Source of the DNA: Candidatus Pacearchaeota archaeon
GTDB lineage: Archaea > Nanobdellota > Nanobdellia > Pacearchaeales > JAPDKA01
Length of the DNA: 64,000 nt
Assembly (NCBI GenBank): GCA_038840695.1
Contig: JAWBVE010000002.1
Span: forward strand, 28,170 to 92,169
Direction: 5' to 3'
Shown here: positions 27,260 to 38,400 of the stretch, piece by piece
How the letters are laid out: every line of letters begins with the position of its first letter
Numbering within the stretch: the stretch's first letter is position 1
Position numbers and translations under genes: made by a program
Notes under the pieces: model-generated
The model's database searches: none
What the model was told of the DNA's origin: nothing
What the model saw: only the letters and a program-made list of their open reading frames with translations

Positions 27260-28267
27260 TTAAAGATTTCTAAACTCAGCTTTAGCTCCTTTACCTTCTG
27301 TCAAGTATCGATATGCTTGTAAAGCTGCTATAGCGCCTTGGCCAGCAGAGATTATTGCCTGCTTAAATGGCACATTTGTACAATCCCCAGCAGCAAAAAC
27401 GCCTTTTTGAGATGTTTGGCATAGATTATCAATAACAATTTGGCCAAGAGCATCGAGCTTAACAAAGCCTCTGAGCCATTCACTTTTCATCTCAAAGCCG
27501 AGCTCAAGGAAAAGGCCATCAACGCTTAACTTACTTTCCTTATTACTTTTAACATCTCTCACAGCAATGCTCTCAACAACATTTTTTCCCTCTATTTTAG
27601 TAATTTCACTATTCAACAAAAATTCAACATTCGCTTTTTGTTTTAATTTTTTTAAACTTGCTTCATCAGCTCTAAAGAGCTCTCGCCTATGAATTAGATA
27701 AACTTTTTTTGCTATCTGTGAAAGCTCGAGAGCAGCGTCAATAGCACTATTGCCACCACCAACAACGGCAACTACTTTATTTTTATAAAGAGGTGCATCG
27801 CAAATAATACAAGTACTAACACCTTTTCCTATAAAAGGCTCTTCGCCTATGCCAAGCTTCCTAGGACTCTTGCCAAAAGCAAGAATAATCGCTCTTGCCT
27901 TAACTTTATCGCCACTGCCACTAGCCAATTTTAATCCAAATATGTCTTTTATTTTCTCTATTCCTACAACCTCATCAAGTATAAAATCTGGGCCTAAAGA
28001 GATTACTTTATTATAGATATTTTTTATAAGTTCACTTCCTTTTATTTTCTCAAAACCGGGATAATTCTCAATTGTGCCTGCCGCATTTAATTGCCCACCA
28101 ATGTCGCTAGCAATTATAACAACTTTAAGCTCTTTTCTTCTTGCATAAATTGCTGCTGTCAGGCCTGCAATGCCCCCGCCAACAATTGCTATATCATAAA
28201 CTTGATCAACTAGGCTGCCCCTCTCCGCCTCCTTCTCCGTCTTCACCGTCTTTGCCATCTTTACCAT
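27260..28267 (-). CDS. trxB: Thioredoxin reductase
   Basis: GGGIAG, IENYPG, CIICD, GGGNSA and FAAGD motifs. Confidence 0.92.
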   Translation of the reverse strand: MVKMAKTVKTEKEAERGSLVDQVYDIAIVGGGIAGLTAAIYARRKELKVVIIASDIGGQLNAAGTIENYPGFEKIKGSELIKNIYNKVISLGPDFILDEVVGIEKIKDIFGLKLASGSGDKVKARAIILAFGKSPRKLGIGEEPFIGKGVSTCIICDAPLYKNKVVAVVGGGNSAIDAALELSQIAKKVYLIHRRELFRADEASLKKLKQKANVEFLLNSEITKIEGKNVVESIAVRDVKSNKESKLSVDGLFLELGFEMKSEWLRGFVKLDALGQIVIDNLCQTSQKGVFAAGDCTNVPFKQAIISAGQGAIAALQAYRYLTEGKGAKAEFRNL

Positions 28268-28385
28268 AAAAAATAAATAAAACCTCTTATTAAAAAGTTT
28301 TAGAATTTTTATTTTTTAGTCTGTTTTTAATTATTACAAAGTAGCTAAACCAAAAGATTTATAATATACTTTAACATTTTATACT

Positions 28386-28808
28386 ATGGACTGGTTATCA
28401 CTTGGCTTACTTGGAATTTTTTTAGGCGTTTTCCTTTCTTACTCATTTCTACCTATATCGAGTGAGCTGGCACTAATTCCTGCAACAAAGCTTTATCATC
28501 CTATCAGCATTTTTATTATTGCCTTTCTTGCTGCGAGTATTGGAAGCTTGATTAATTATTTTATTGGAAAGCATGGAATAAGAAAATTGTTGCCAAAACA
28601 AAAAAAGCTAATGAAAGCTGAAAAAATCTATGCAAAATATGGCATACTTGCTGTGGCACTTTTATCCTGGCTGCCATGGATAGGAGATCCAATAATAATT
28701 GTTTCCGGCATGCTAAGAATGCCTTTCTTGAGATTTTTTCTCGCTTCTTCTTTTTCTAAATTTTTATATCTTGGCATGTTAATACTGATAGGAATAAGCT
28801 TGTTATGA
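28386..28808 (+). CDS. YqaA/DedA (VTT) family membrane protein
   Basis: LP.SSE, GSLINY..G and WLPWIGD motifs. Confidence 0.85.
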   Translation: MDWLSLGLLGIFLGVFLSYSFLPISSELALIPATKLYHPISIFIIAFLAASIGSLINYFIGKHGIRKLLPKQKKLMKAEKIYAKYGILAVALLSWLPWIGDPIIIVSGMLRMPFLRFFLASSFSKFLYLGMLILIGISLL

Positions 28809-28831
28809 GTGTTTAAAATGGAAGCTTTAAG

Positions 28832-29560
28832 ATGGAAATTCAAATTAGATTAGAAAAGCCTGAAAAGTTTAAAATTCTTGAAGGAATTTATTTAGTAAAT
28901 AAAGCATTGTGGCTTGAAAAGCTAAAACTTCTTGCGATTGCTGATTTACATATTGGCTATGAAGAATATCTCAATGAGCAAGGAATAGCAATACCGAGAC
29001 AACAGCTTAGCATAATGAAAAAAGAACTAGCGCTACTTCTCGATTCGTTAAGGCCAAGGCAAGTAGTAATTAATGGTGATCTTAAACATGAATTTGGCGA
29101 GATAAGTAAGCAGGAATGGAAAGAGACAAATGAAATTCTTGATTTAATTTTGGCTAGAGCTAATGTTATTCTTGTTAAGGGCAATCATGATACAATCCTT
29201 GAGCCAATAGCAAGAAAAAAGGGCTTAGAAATTTTTGATTATTTTTGTGCCGATAGCATTTGTTTCATGCATGGGCACAGGATTTTTGACGAGCCTCTAA
29301 AAAAATCCAAAACTTTAATACTAGCACATATTCATCCTGCAATAAAGCTAAGAGAAGGGATAAGAAGTGAAAAATACAAGTGCTGGCTCGTCGGGGCCTG
29401 GAAAAAAAGGAATGTCATAATTATGCCGAGCTTCCTTTTTTATATTGAAGGGGCTGAAATTTTAAGCTCTGAGCTTCCACTGCCAATTAGCCCAAAAAAC
29501 TTTTCTGTTTTTGCTATCGAGGATAAAATTTATAAACTTGGAAAACTAGAAAAATTATGA
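28832..29560 (+). CDS. Metallophosphoesterase (type commonly linked to Lhr)
   Basis: ADLHIG, NGDLKH, GNHD, HGH, HIHP and MPSF motifs. Confidence 0.88.
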   Translation: MEIQIRLEKPEKFKILEGIYLVNKALWLEKLKLLAIADLHIGYEEYLNEQGIAIPRQQLSIMKKELALLLDSLRPRQVVINGDLKHEFGEISKQEWKETNEILDLILARANVILVKGNHDTILEPIARKKGLEIFDYFCADSICFMHGHRIFDEPLKKSKTLILAHIHPAIKLREGIRSEKYKCWLVGAWKKRNVIIMPSFLFYIEGAEILSSELPLPISPKNFSVFAIEDKIYKLGKLEKL

Positions 29561-29874
29561 GTAGTAAAGAAGAGCGAGAAAAAGAAGAAAGAGCGAGAAC
29601 ACGACAACTAATAAAAGAGGCAGAAAAATTCTTAGAGGAAAAAGTAGGTCCTCTTGTAGGAGGAAAATTTCATGGGATTGTCAATGAAAAGGTATTAAAA
29701 GAATATAAAAAAAATGCTGACAGTAGAGACTACAGAGAAACCACACAACTTGCTGCTCGATATTTTAATGAAATAGATCAATACATTACCCCTGAAGTAT
29801 TAAAGTTAGAACCTAATTTTTATGATCGGTTAATAAAAACAAAAAAAATTTTAGGAAAAATAGCTGTTTGTTGA
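29557..29874 (+). CDS. Hypothetical protein
   Basis: 105-aa ORF with ATGA overlap to the upstream gene. Confidence 0.55.
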   Translation: MSSKEEREKEERARTRQLIKEAEKFLEEKVGPLVGGKFHGIVNEKVLKEYKKNADSRDYRETTQLAARYFNEIDQYITPEVLKLEPNFYDRLIKTKKILGKIAVC

Positions 29875-29891
29875 AAAGAAAGGATTTATTT

Positions 29892-30458
29892 CTAAAAAAC
29901 ATAACAAATACACTCTTGCTCGTTAGCTAATTCTTTTATAAAAATTTTTTTATTACCTTCTACATGAGTTATAGTCCAATCATCGAATAAAAGGCTTGAA
30001 GGTAATACTTCCTCTTTAAAAATATAGCATTTATGCTTCATTCTTTTTTTAATTAATTCATTTACAAAATATCTTCTGTGGGAATCACCTATATGAATTA
30101 TACTTGTGTTTTTTTTATTATACTTATTTTCAAAATTTTCATAAAAAGGTTTATCAATCCCGAATGAAACACCTTTTTGAGGCAATATACCAATTACCTC
30201 TATATTTTTATTTTCTTTATATTTTCTTATGACTTCGAGTACTTCTTCATAGCAGCCACAACATTTTTTCTGCAAAAAGTCTTTCAGTTTTTGTTCGTCT
30301 TTTAGAATTTCATCTGCATTCTCATCAGGCTTAAATACTTCAGTAAAAAAATCAATTTTTTCATTAAGATCAGCAGTTATTAGTTGATATAGTTTAAGTG
30401 CAATTACTTTCTGGATTTTTTTACTAAAGTGATTTGTATCTGACAATATATATATCAT
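29892..30458 (-). CDS. Hypothetical protein
   Basis: 188-aa AT-rich ORF; D..H, E and HIGDSH residues hint at a metal site. Confidence 0.55.
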   Translation of the reverse strand: MIYILSDTNHFSKKIQKVIALKLYQLITADLNEKIDFFTEVFKPDENADEILKDEQKLKDFLQKKCCGCYEEVLEVIRKYKENKNIEVIGILPQKGVSFGIDKPFYENFENKYNKKNTSIIHIGDSHRRYFVNELIKKRMKHKCYIFKEEVLPSSLLFDDWTITHVEGNKKIFIKELANEQECICYVF

Positions 30459-30549
30459 ACAGTAATATGATTAAAGGGTTTTTAAATTTTATCATTTTAA
30501 AATAAAAACAAAAAAATCTTTAAAGCTATTTCTCTTTTATTTTATTTAT

Positions 30550-30631
30550 GCCGGCGTGGCGGAATGGTAACGCGCGCGCCTCGAGAGCGCGTGCCCGAAA
30601 GGGCTTCTAGGTTCGAATCCTAGCGCCGGCG
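30550..30631 (+). tRNA. tRNA-Ser(CGA)
   Basis: GCCGGCG/CGCCGGC acceptor stem; CGCGC-CTCGAGA-GCGCG anticodon arm; long variable arm GCCCGAAAGGGC; discriminator G. Confidence 0.95.
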
Positions 30632-30687
30632 CTTTTAGTTTTTTATAGAACACAATTTGACGTAGATTATAATAATATCTTATATTT

Positions 30688-31065
30688 TTACTTCAGTTTT
30701 GGCATAGGTAAATGATAAGGCAGCCCAAGTTGATCTTCAATAAGAAGAGCCTTCAAATTGCATTTAGTCAAGATAAAATTAAAAATTAATTTTGAAAGCT
30801 CTTTCTCTTTTTTCCATCCTTTTAAAATTTCTTCTGCTCTCTTCTTCTCTTCAGCATAATTAAGATAACCAGCAAGAATTATCTTCGCATTTTTTTCATA
30901 ATCTAATTCGAATTCAAAAGGAAAAACTAAAACCTTTTTATTCTCAATTTTTAACTCAGATTCTTCCGGATCTTTTAAATTAAGTCGTGCTGAAACTTTC
31001 ACATTCCCTATTCTTTGTTCTCGCTCTGCAGAAATTTTTGTAAAAAATATATTCAATATAGGCAT
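30688..31065 (-). CDS. Hypothetical protein
   Basis: 125-aa beta-rich ORF (FTKISAER...FEFELDY...LP..LPMP). Confidence 0.65.
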   Translation of the reverse strand: MPILNIFFTKISAEREQRIGNVKVSARLNLKDPEESELKIENKKVLVFPFEFELDYEKNAKIILAGYLNYAEEKKRAEEILKGWKKEKELSKLIFNFILTKCNLKALLIEDQLGLPYHLPMPKLK

Positions 31066-31251
31066 TTTGTTTGTTTTTTGTTTTGTTTTTTTATTTTGTT
31101 TTTTATTTTGTTTGTTTTTTGTCTTTTGTTTATTCTTTGTTTTTATATCTTATGATTTTTATGTATTTTTAAATTTATTCAATTCGATTTTCCTTGCCAC
31201 TTAAACGAATTGTGTCAGCCTTTTGTGTTAGCTTTCTTGGTTTAATCTAGT

Positions 31252-31509
31252 CTATATCAAATCCTGTTCATCTACGACAACGAAATCGCTTATTGCCATA
31301 ACAGAACTCCATGAAATGAGAAGTTCTTTATTTTTTGTCTGTTCAAGATTTAAATTTAAAGCATATGAAGTAGGGTTTGTAATAACCATCTGTACAATTT
31401 CTCCTGTTCTAGTCTCAAAAATTAAATCTTTAATTGTTCCTAGCTTTTTACCTTCTTTTGTCACAACTAACTTGTTTAGAATTTCGTCTGGCTTAACTTT
31501 TCCTGCCAT
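31252..31509 (-). CDS. PRC-barrel domain protein (CdpB-like)
   Basis: K.VVT.EG..LG.IKDL.F...TG.I and I.W..V.AI.DFVVV patterns. Confidence 0.85.
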   Translation of the reverse strand: MAGKVKPDEILNKLVVTKEGKKLGTIKDLIFETRTGEIVQMVITNPTSYALNLNLEQTKNKELLISWSSVMAISDFVVVDEQDLI

Positions 31510-31610
31510 GATTTTTCTATTTTTCAGTCTTTAAAAAGTTTTCTATCCTCCTTTGATATTCTTTTTTTACATATTTTTTGTTAAAGTGATAAAAATTTTC
31601 TTTGCTTTAG

Positions 31611-31910
31611 CATCCCCTTTATTTCTTTTGGAGAAAAATTTAAAAATGGGTTAAATTTTTCTGTAGGCTTGATAGAAAAAATTTAAAAATTTTATTGTTT
31701 TATAATATATATTTCAACGATGTACATAATTAAACATTATTTTTTATAATACTATTTTTTTATCCACACTTTTACTATTTATAACATTATGTTGCAGCTA
31801 TTCAAAAGAAAAATAAGGGTTTTTTTAATTTCTTATGGAAAAAAGATCTCAGCTTTATGAATAAAAAATTTCGACGTAACTTTAAAGGAGTTTCCACAGG
31901 AAATATAGCA
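31611..31910. promoter_or_regulatory. Candidate replication origin upstream of cdc6
   Basis: ORB-like TCCAAAAGAAATAAAGGGG (minus, 31614-31632), TTCAAAAGAAAAATAAGGGT (31801-31820) and TTCCACAGGAAATATAG (31892-31908) around a very AT-rich stretch. Confidence 0.7.
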
Positions 31911-31969
31911 GGCAGATACTAATATTAAATTTCAATAATCTTTAAAAAGCCTAGAATTTGTATGGCATT

Positions 31970-33166
31970 ATGAATTTTAAACTTGACAAGATATTTGACA
32001 ATGTAATAAAAAAAAGCATTTTCCAAAACAAGTCAGTTTTACTTTCAGATCATACACCTACTACAATTTTGCATAGAGAGCAACAAATAAAACAGGTAGC
32101 AAAAATACTTTCATGTGCGCTTAGATTAGAGAAGCCAAGCAATCTTTTTATTTATGGCAAAACAGGAACCGGCAAAACACTAGTCATAAAATATATCATT
32201 AACGAATTATTAAAAAAAACTAAAGAGCTTAATTTGGCTTTAAATATAATTTATACGAATTGCAAATTAAAAAAAGTTTCAGATACTGAGTATAGAATAA
32301 TAGCAGAACTTATAAATTTGCTTGGTAGCAAAGTTCCAGCGACAGGCTTGCCTACAGACCAAGTTTATAAAAAATTTATTGAGCTAGTAGATGAAAAGCA
32401 GCAACTTTTGATTATAGTACTAGATGAGATAGATGAAGCTGTAAAGAAGATTGGTGATGCTTTCCTATATAATTTAACAAGGCTTAATTCAGAGCTCATA
32501 AATTCCCAAATAAGCCTTGTTGGGATAAGCAATGATTTAACTTTTCTTGATTCGCTTGATCCTCGTGTTAAATCAAGTTTAAGTGAGGAGGAACTAGTTT
32601 TTCCACCATACAATGCATTACAACTTCAAGATATATTGAGAGAAAGGGCAAAAAGAGCTTTCAAGAGAGGAGCAATAAGTAAAGGAGTTATTGAAAAAAT
32701 AGCAGCGCTGGCAGCAAAAGAGCATGGTGACGCAAGAAGAGCTATCGATTTACTTAGAGTAGCTGGAGAGCTTGCTGAGCGAGAAGGAAAGCTAAAATTA
32801 ACTCTTGACCTTATTGATAAGGCTATCGAGAAGATAGAGAGAGATAAAATTATTGATTTAGTAGAGACACAACCAAGGCATCATCAGCTAATACTTTTTG
32901 CTATAATCGAGATGGCAGAAAAAAAGGAAAAGGAAAAAATTTACACAGGAGATATTTATAATAAGTACGTCGAGCTTTGTCAAGAGCAAAGGCTTGAGCC
33001 CCTAACTCAAAGAAGAGTAAGTGATATAGTGGCTGAACTTGATATGTTAGGCATAATCAATGCCCAAGTTATAAGCAAAGGCAGATATGGCAGAACGCGA
33101 GAAATAAAAATAAACTTACCTCAAAGCCTAATTCTTAAAATTAAATCAATAATAAACCAGGCATAA
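31970..33166 (+). CDS. cdc6: Orc1/Cdc6 replication initiator
   Basis: GKTGTGKT, LDEID, LDPRVKS, FPPYN, GDARRAIDLLR motifs and C-terminal wHTH with GRYGRT. Confidence 0.96.
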   Translation: MNFKLDKIFDNVIKKSIFQNKSVLLSDHTPTTILHREQQIKQVAKILSCALRLEKPSNLFIYGKTGTGKTLVIKYIINELLKKTKELNLALNIIYTNCKLKKVSDTEYRIIAELINLLGSKVPATGLPTDQVYKKFIELVDEKQQLLIIVLDEIDEAVKKIGDAFLYNLTRLNSELINSQISLVGISNDLTFLDSLDPRVKSSLSEEELVFPPYNALQLQDILRERAKRAFKRGAISKGVIEKIAALAAKEHGDARRAIDLLRVAGELAEREGKLKLTLDLIDKAIEKIERDKIIDLVETQPRHHQLILFAIIEMAEKKEKEKIYTGDIYNKYVELCQEQRLEPLTQRRVSDIVAELDMLGIINAQVISKGRYGRTREIKINLPQSLILKIKSIINQA

Positions 33167-34719
33167 TGGGGGTGGTCAATATTTTTTTGCGGGAAGGTTT
33201 CTTGCTTCAGCCAGATTTAGTGAATTTTATTGATGAGCGCGAAGCATCCGTTATTTTAGAACTTTTAAAAGCAATAAAAGCACCAAGAGTTATTTCGATG
33301 GCATTTCTCAAACAAAATCTAGCTTCATTGATAGTTACTCTTAATTCTTTTCTCGAACTAGGAAAATTTGATAAGGATATGATCTATAATATAAGGCAAA
33401 AACTAAATAAAATAAAACGGGCAAGCAACGAAGAAAAAAAAGATAGAGAAGAAAGCGAAGAAAAAGAAAAAAGAGAGCAAGTTAGCTCTGAAAAAGATTG
33501 TCTCCTAACAACAAAGATTAATGAAGAGATAATAAAACCAAAGAAAATTGAAGTAAAGCATTTTCTTGCCTTTTTTAAGCATAGATATGAATGGTTTAAA
33601 GAACTTCTTCGAGATAGGAGAGAATTAACAAACTTAACATCAATTGATAAATTGCCAATAAACAATCAAAACGTTTCGATAATTGGGATAGTTGCTGAAA
33701 AAAGAGAAACGAAAAATAGAAATGTAATCTTAACACTAGAAGATGGAAAAGGAATAGTAAATGTTCTCATAAATAGAGATAGGGCTGTTTATGAAAAAAG
33801 CAATGAAATTGTGGAAGACGAAGTAATCGGAGTGAAGGGTTTTGGAAATCGAGATATTATTTTTGCTTCGGACATCATTTTTCCCGAGGCAATAAATGTC
33901 AATAATAAAAGTTGTGCTTTAGATAGCAACATACTTTTCATTTCAGATACACATGTTGGAAGTGATAAATTTCTTGAGCCGAATTTAAGAAAAGCGATTA
34001 GGTGGATTAACTGTGAGGAAGGAAGTGAGAAGCAAAAAGAAAAAGCAAAAAAAATAAGCCATATTTTTTTTGTAGGAGATATTGTTGACGGCGTTGGTGT
34101 TTATCCTGGTCAAGAGAATGAACTTGAAATAAAAGATATTATTGAACAATATAAGGCAGCTTATGAGATATTTGATGAGATAAGAAAAGATATAAAATTA
34201 ATATTCATTCCTGGCAATCATGATGCAACAAGATTAACAGAGCCGCAAGTTTTTAATAGCTTCTCTAAACCACTTCAAAAACTTGAGAATGCAGAGTTTT
34301 TGCCCAACCCAACTTATTATAGCATTTATAATTATAAGCTCTTGCTTTATCATGGCTATAGCTTTGATTATTATGCAAATAGTGTTTATAGTCTAAAAGC
34401 AGCCAATGCTTATGCAAATCCAGAGCATTTGTTAAAGTTTTTTCTGAGAAAAAGGCATTTAGCGCCAACACACGGCTCAACAACGTATTCGCCAGCAGAC
34501 GAAGATTTTTTCATAATAAAAAAAATCCCAGATGTTTTTGTTACTGCACATATTCATAAGTCAGCAGTAGGTTACTATAATAACATAGCTTTAATTTCCG
34601 GCTCTTGTTGGCAATCGAAAACCCCTTATCAGGAAAAGTTCGGCCATGTTCCAGATCCCTGTAAGATTCCGATTTTTAATACAAAAACAAAAAAAATCCA
34701 AATCATTGATTTTAGCTAA
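33166..34719 (+). CDS. DNA polymerase D small subunit DP1
   Basis: OB fold; SDTHVGS, GDIVDG.GVYPGQ, PGNHD, YHG, RHLAP.HG and AHIH motifs. Confidence 0.95.
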   Translation: MGVVNIFLREGFLLQPDLVNFIDEREASVILELLKAIKAPRVISMAFLKQNLASLIVTLNSFLELGKFDKDMIYNIRQKLNKIKRASNEEKKDREESEEKEKREQVSSEKDCLLTTKINEEIIKPKKIEVKHFLAFFKHRYEWFKELLRDRRELTNLTSIDKLPINNQNVSIIGIVAEKRETKNRNVILTLEDGKGIVNVLINRDRAVYEKSNEIVEDEVIGVKGFGNRDIIFASDIIFPEAINVNNKSCALDSNILFISDTHVGSDKFLEPNLRKAIRWINCEEGSEKQKEKAKKISHIFFVGDIVDGVGVYPGQENELEIKDIIEQYKAAYEIFDEIRKDIKLIFIPGNHDATRLTEPQVFNSFSKPLQKLENAEFLPNPTYYSIYNYKLLLYHGYSFDYYANSVYSLKAANAYANPEHLLKFFLRKRHLAPTHGSTTYSPADEDFFIIKKIPDVFVTAHIHKSAVGYYNNIALISGSCWQSKTPYQEKFGHVPDPCKIPIFNTKTKKIQIIDFS

Positions 34720-34739
34720 AATGCAAACTGCAAAGTAAA

Positions 34740-35492
34740 ATGGCAACAAATATTGCAATTTTTGACGGCGATGGTACACTTTGGAAATTTCCGAATGAAT
34801 TTGGAAGTTCATGGAGCTTAGTAGAAAAGATATTAAGTGACGAAGAACTTAGACTATGGAAAAAGCGAAGTAGAGAATTCCACGATAATTTTGAGCGGAG
34901 AAATGATAAAGAATATGAATCCTTTTTAGAAATTCAAGTTAAATTATTGCAAGGAAAGCCGTGCTTAGATTTAGAAAATGTAAAAATACCTTACAGAGAA
35001 GGTGCTAAGGAGCTCGTAGAAAGACTAAAGCCAAGTTATGATATCTACATCGTTAGTGCAGGATTTTATGATGTTGTTGAAAAAGCGGCAAGAGAACTTG
35101 GGGTAAAGCATATCTCAAATGAGATAGAAAGAAAAAATGGCTTTTATACTGGAAAAATAAAAAAAGTTGTAAGTCCTTTTAATAAATCATCTTTAATAAG
35201 ACAATTAATAACTAGTTATTCTAGTCAGACGAGCCAGCTCCTTCTTTTCTATGATGAATATGACTTTGATATTCAAAATTTTGAAGCTAACATTGGCAGC
35301 GTTGAGAGTATAAAAAAATTTTTGATTGTTGAGGATGAAAAAAGCAAACAAGAAAAGCAAGAAAGCAAGCAAGAGAAGCAAGAGCTTAGCAAACATAAAA
35401 AGATTCAAAGCCCCTCAAACTCCTTAAGCAGTTCTTGCTTTACTTTTGTAATAAATAAATTCAGCCAAGCATATGGCCATATATTTAGCTAA
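34740..35492 (+). CDS. HAD-IB phosphatase (SerB-like)
   Basis: FDGDGTL, IVSAGF and SNEIE...YTG.I...K motifs; motif IV degenerate. Confidence 0.7.
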   Translation: MATNIAIFDGDGTLWKFPNEFGSSWSLVEKILSDEELRLWKKRSREFHDNFERRNDKEYESFLEIQVKLLQGKPCLDLENVKIPYREGAKELVERLKPSYDIYIVSAGFYDVVEKAARELGVKHISNEIERKNGFYTGKIKKVVSPFNKSSLIRQLITSYSSQTSQLLLFYDEYDFDIQNFEANIGSVESIKKFLIVEDEKSKQEKQESKQEKQELSKHKKIQSPSNSLSSSCFTFVINKFSQAYGHIFS

Positions 35493-38400
35493 AATGAAAA
35501 AAATTGAGGAGCAATTTCAGAGCTATTTCCAAAGTATTAGAGAGAAAACAGAGATAGCATATGCTATAGCAAACGAGGCAAGAAAACAAGGCAAAGATCC
35601 TATGAAAAAAGTTGAGATACCTTTAACAGGTGATCTTGCAGAGAGAGCTTGTGGTCTTGTTTCTATTTTACATCCTCAACTTAAAGATGAGAAAATCGAA
35701 AAAAGAATTAGAGAGCTTGAAGCACAATATGGCTTTCTTGAGCTTGGAACAGCATTAAAGATAGCCGAAGAGATTGCAAAACAAAAGCATTGTAGATTTT
35801 CTTCTCATCTAGAAGCACTCGAGGCAGCCATAAGGTTAGGGATAGCTTATCTAACTCTTGGCGTTGTTTCAAGTCCAATCGAAGGCTTCATTAAGCTGGA
35901 GATAAAAAAGACTAAAAGTAATCAAGATTATCTTGCAGCTTATTTTGCAGGACCCATTAGGAGTGCAGGAGGCACCACAGCAGCTCTCTCAGTAATTATT
36001 ATAGATTATCTTAGGCAACTTTTTGGTTATGCTAGTTATGATGCCACAGAACAAGAAATTAAGAGAGCTATTACTGAAATTTATGATTATCATGAACGTG
36101 TTACAAATTTGCAATATTTACCATCAGAGACTGAAATCGCAACTATTATTGCAGGCTTACCTGTTCAGGTTGACGGTGAGCCAAGCGAAGAGATTGAAGT
36201 AAGTAATTACAAAGATCTTGAGCGAATAGGAACGAACAGAATTAGGAGTGGTTTTTGTTTAGTAATAGCGGAGGGCATAGCTGCTAAAGCAATGAAGCTA
36301 ATTAAAAAAATTTCTAAAGTGAGAGAGCAAGGGATAAAGCTCGATGGCTGGGATTTTTTGGCAAAGCTTCAAAGAAAAAAATTGAAGCAAGAGAAGCATG
36401 AAAAGCAAGAAAAACAAGCGAGAGAGGAACAAGCAAAGCAAGAAGAAAAACAAGAAGTAGAAGAGAAAATAGCACCTTCCTTTACTTACATTGAAGATAT
36501 CGTCGCAGGTAGGCCAATCTTTAGTTATCCTTCGAGGCCTGGAGGCTTTAGACTTCGTTATGGTAGAACACGAACAAGTGGCTATAGTGCAATGGCTATA
36601 AATCCAGCATTGATGTTTTGCATAGAGGATTTTCTAGCTATTGGAACACAACTAAGAACAGAGAGGCCAGGAAAATCGTGCAGTCTCGCAACATCAGATG
36701 TTCTCGAAGGACCGATTGTTAAACTTAAAGATGGAAGCGTCATAAAAATAAACGATGTTGAGACAGCTTTAAAGTATAAAGATAAAATTGAGCAAATAAT
36801 TTATTTAGGCGACTTACTTGTCAGCTATGGAGATTTTTTTAATAGAAATCATCCACTGATGCCTTCAGGCTATGTTGAGGAATGGTGGTGGTCAGAACTT
36901 AAAGAGAAGCTGGAAGAAATAATAAATAAAGAGAAAAAACTTGAAGAAATAAAAAAGGCACAGGAGTTACTTCAAATAGAAAAGTATTTTGGCTATTTTA
37001 ATATTTCTTTTAAACAAGCCGTCGAGCTTTCTTTACAATACAAGGTTCCTCTTTATCCTAAATTTATTTTTTTCTGGTCACAAATCGATTTAAAAAAATT
37101 GAATGAATTATTGAAGTGGATTAGCAGCAGTCATTTTACTCAAGAGCTCAACTTTGTTTTGCCTTATTTAAAGTCAAGGCGAGAGGAGCTTCAAGAAGCT
37201 AAGCAAGCTCTTGAACTTTTAGGAGTGGAGCATTTTGTTGGCATTGAAAGTATAGTGATTAAGGAAATAGAAGCGAAAGCATTTCTTCTAAATCTCGGCC
37301 TCTTGAGAGCGAGAGAGCTAGAAAAACTAGGAAGAGAAACAAGTGAAGAAACTGAAGAAACCAAAGGAAATGGAAAAATCAATATGATAGAAGAAGTGAA
37401 TAAGCTTATCAAGGAAAGGGCAAAGGAAACAGTAAAAATATTAGCAGAAATGTTAGCAGAAAAATCCAAGCCATCAGCAAAAGAAGTTCTTAAAATTATC
37501 AACAAGTTTTCAGAATTTGAGATTAGAGATAAAGCTGGCACATGGATTGGAGCAAGAATGGGAAGGCCAGAAAAAGCCAAGCCAAGAGTGCTTACGGGCC
37601 AGCCAAACGTGCTTTTTCCTGTTGGCGAAGAAGGAGGAAGGCTAAGAAGCTTTGAATCAGCAATCGAAAAGAAATTTATCAAGGCAGAGTTTTCTGTCTT
37701 TTATTGTCCAAAGTGCAAATCAGAGACCATTTACTTTATTTGTGAGAATTGTGGTAGTGAGACAGAGCAACGTTATTGGTGCAATGAATGCAATAAAAGC
37801 TATCAAAGCAATGTTTGTTCAGCACATGGTCTTCTAAAGCCTTATCGAAAGTGGAAAATAGATATTAATCATTATTTAGAAAAAGCCATAGAAATGCTCG
37901 GCCTAAGTAAGCAGGAGCTTCCTGCAATTATGAAAGGAGTCAGAGGCACGAGCTCGGAAAGCCATGTTCCAGAACATCTTGCAAAAGGCTTGCTTAGAGC
38001 AATATATAATTTGAATGTAAATAAGGATGGAACGATTAGATATGATGCAACAGAACTTCCTTTAACTCAATTTAGACCACGAGAAATTGGAACTTCTGTA
38101 GAAAAGCTAAGAGAACTCGGCTATAGCACAGATATTTATGGCAACGAATTAGTTAATGATGATCAACTAGTTGATATCATGCCTCAAGACATAATCTTGC
38201 CGGCATCAAGTCAAAGTCTTGATGAACCAGCAGACCAATTTTTGATGAGAGTTTCTAAGTTTATTGATGCATTATTAGTTAAATTTTATAAGTTAAAGCC
38301 TTTTTATAATGTAGAAAAAAGAGAAGATCTTATTGGGCATTTAGTTGTTTTTATAGCCCCACACAATGCAGCAGGAACTGTGGCGAGAATAATCGGCTTT

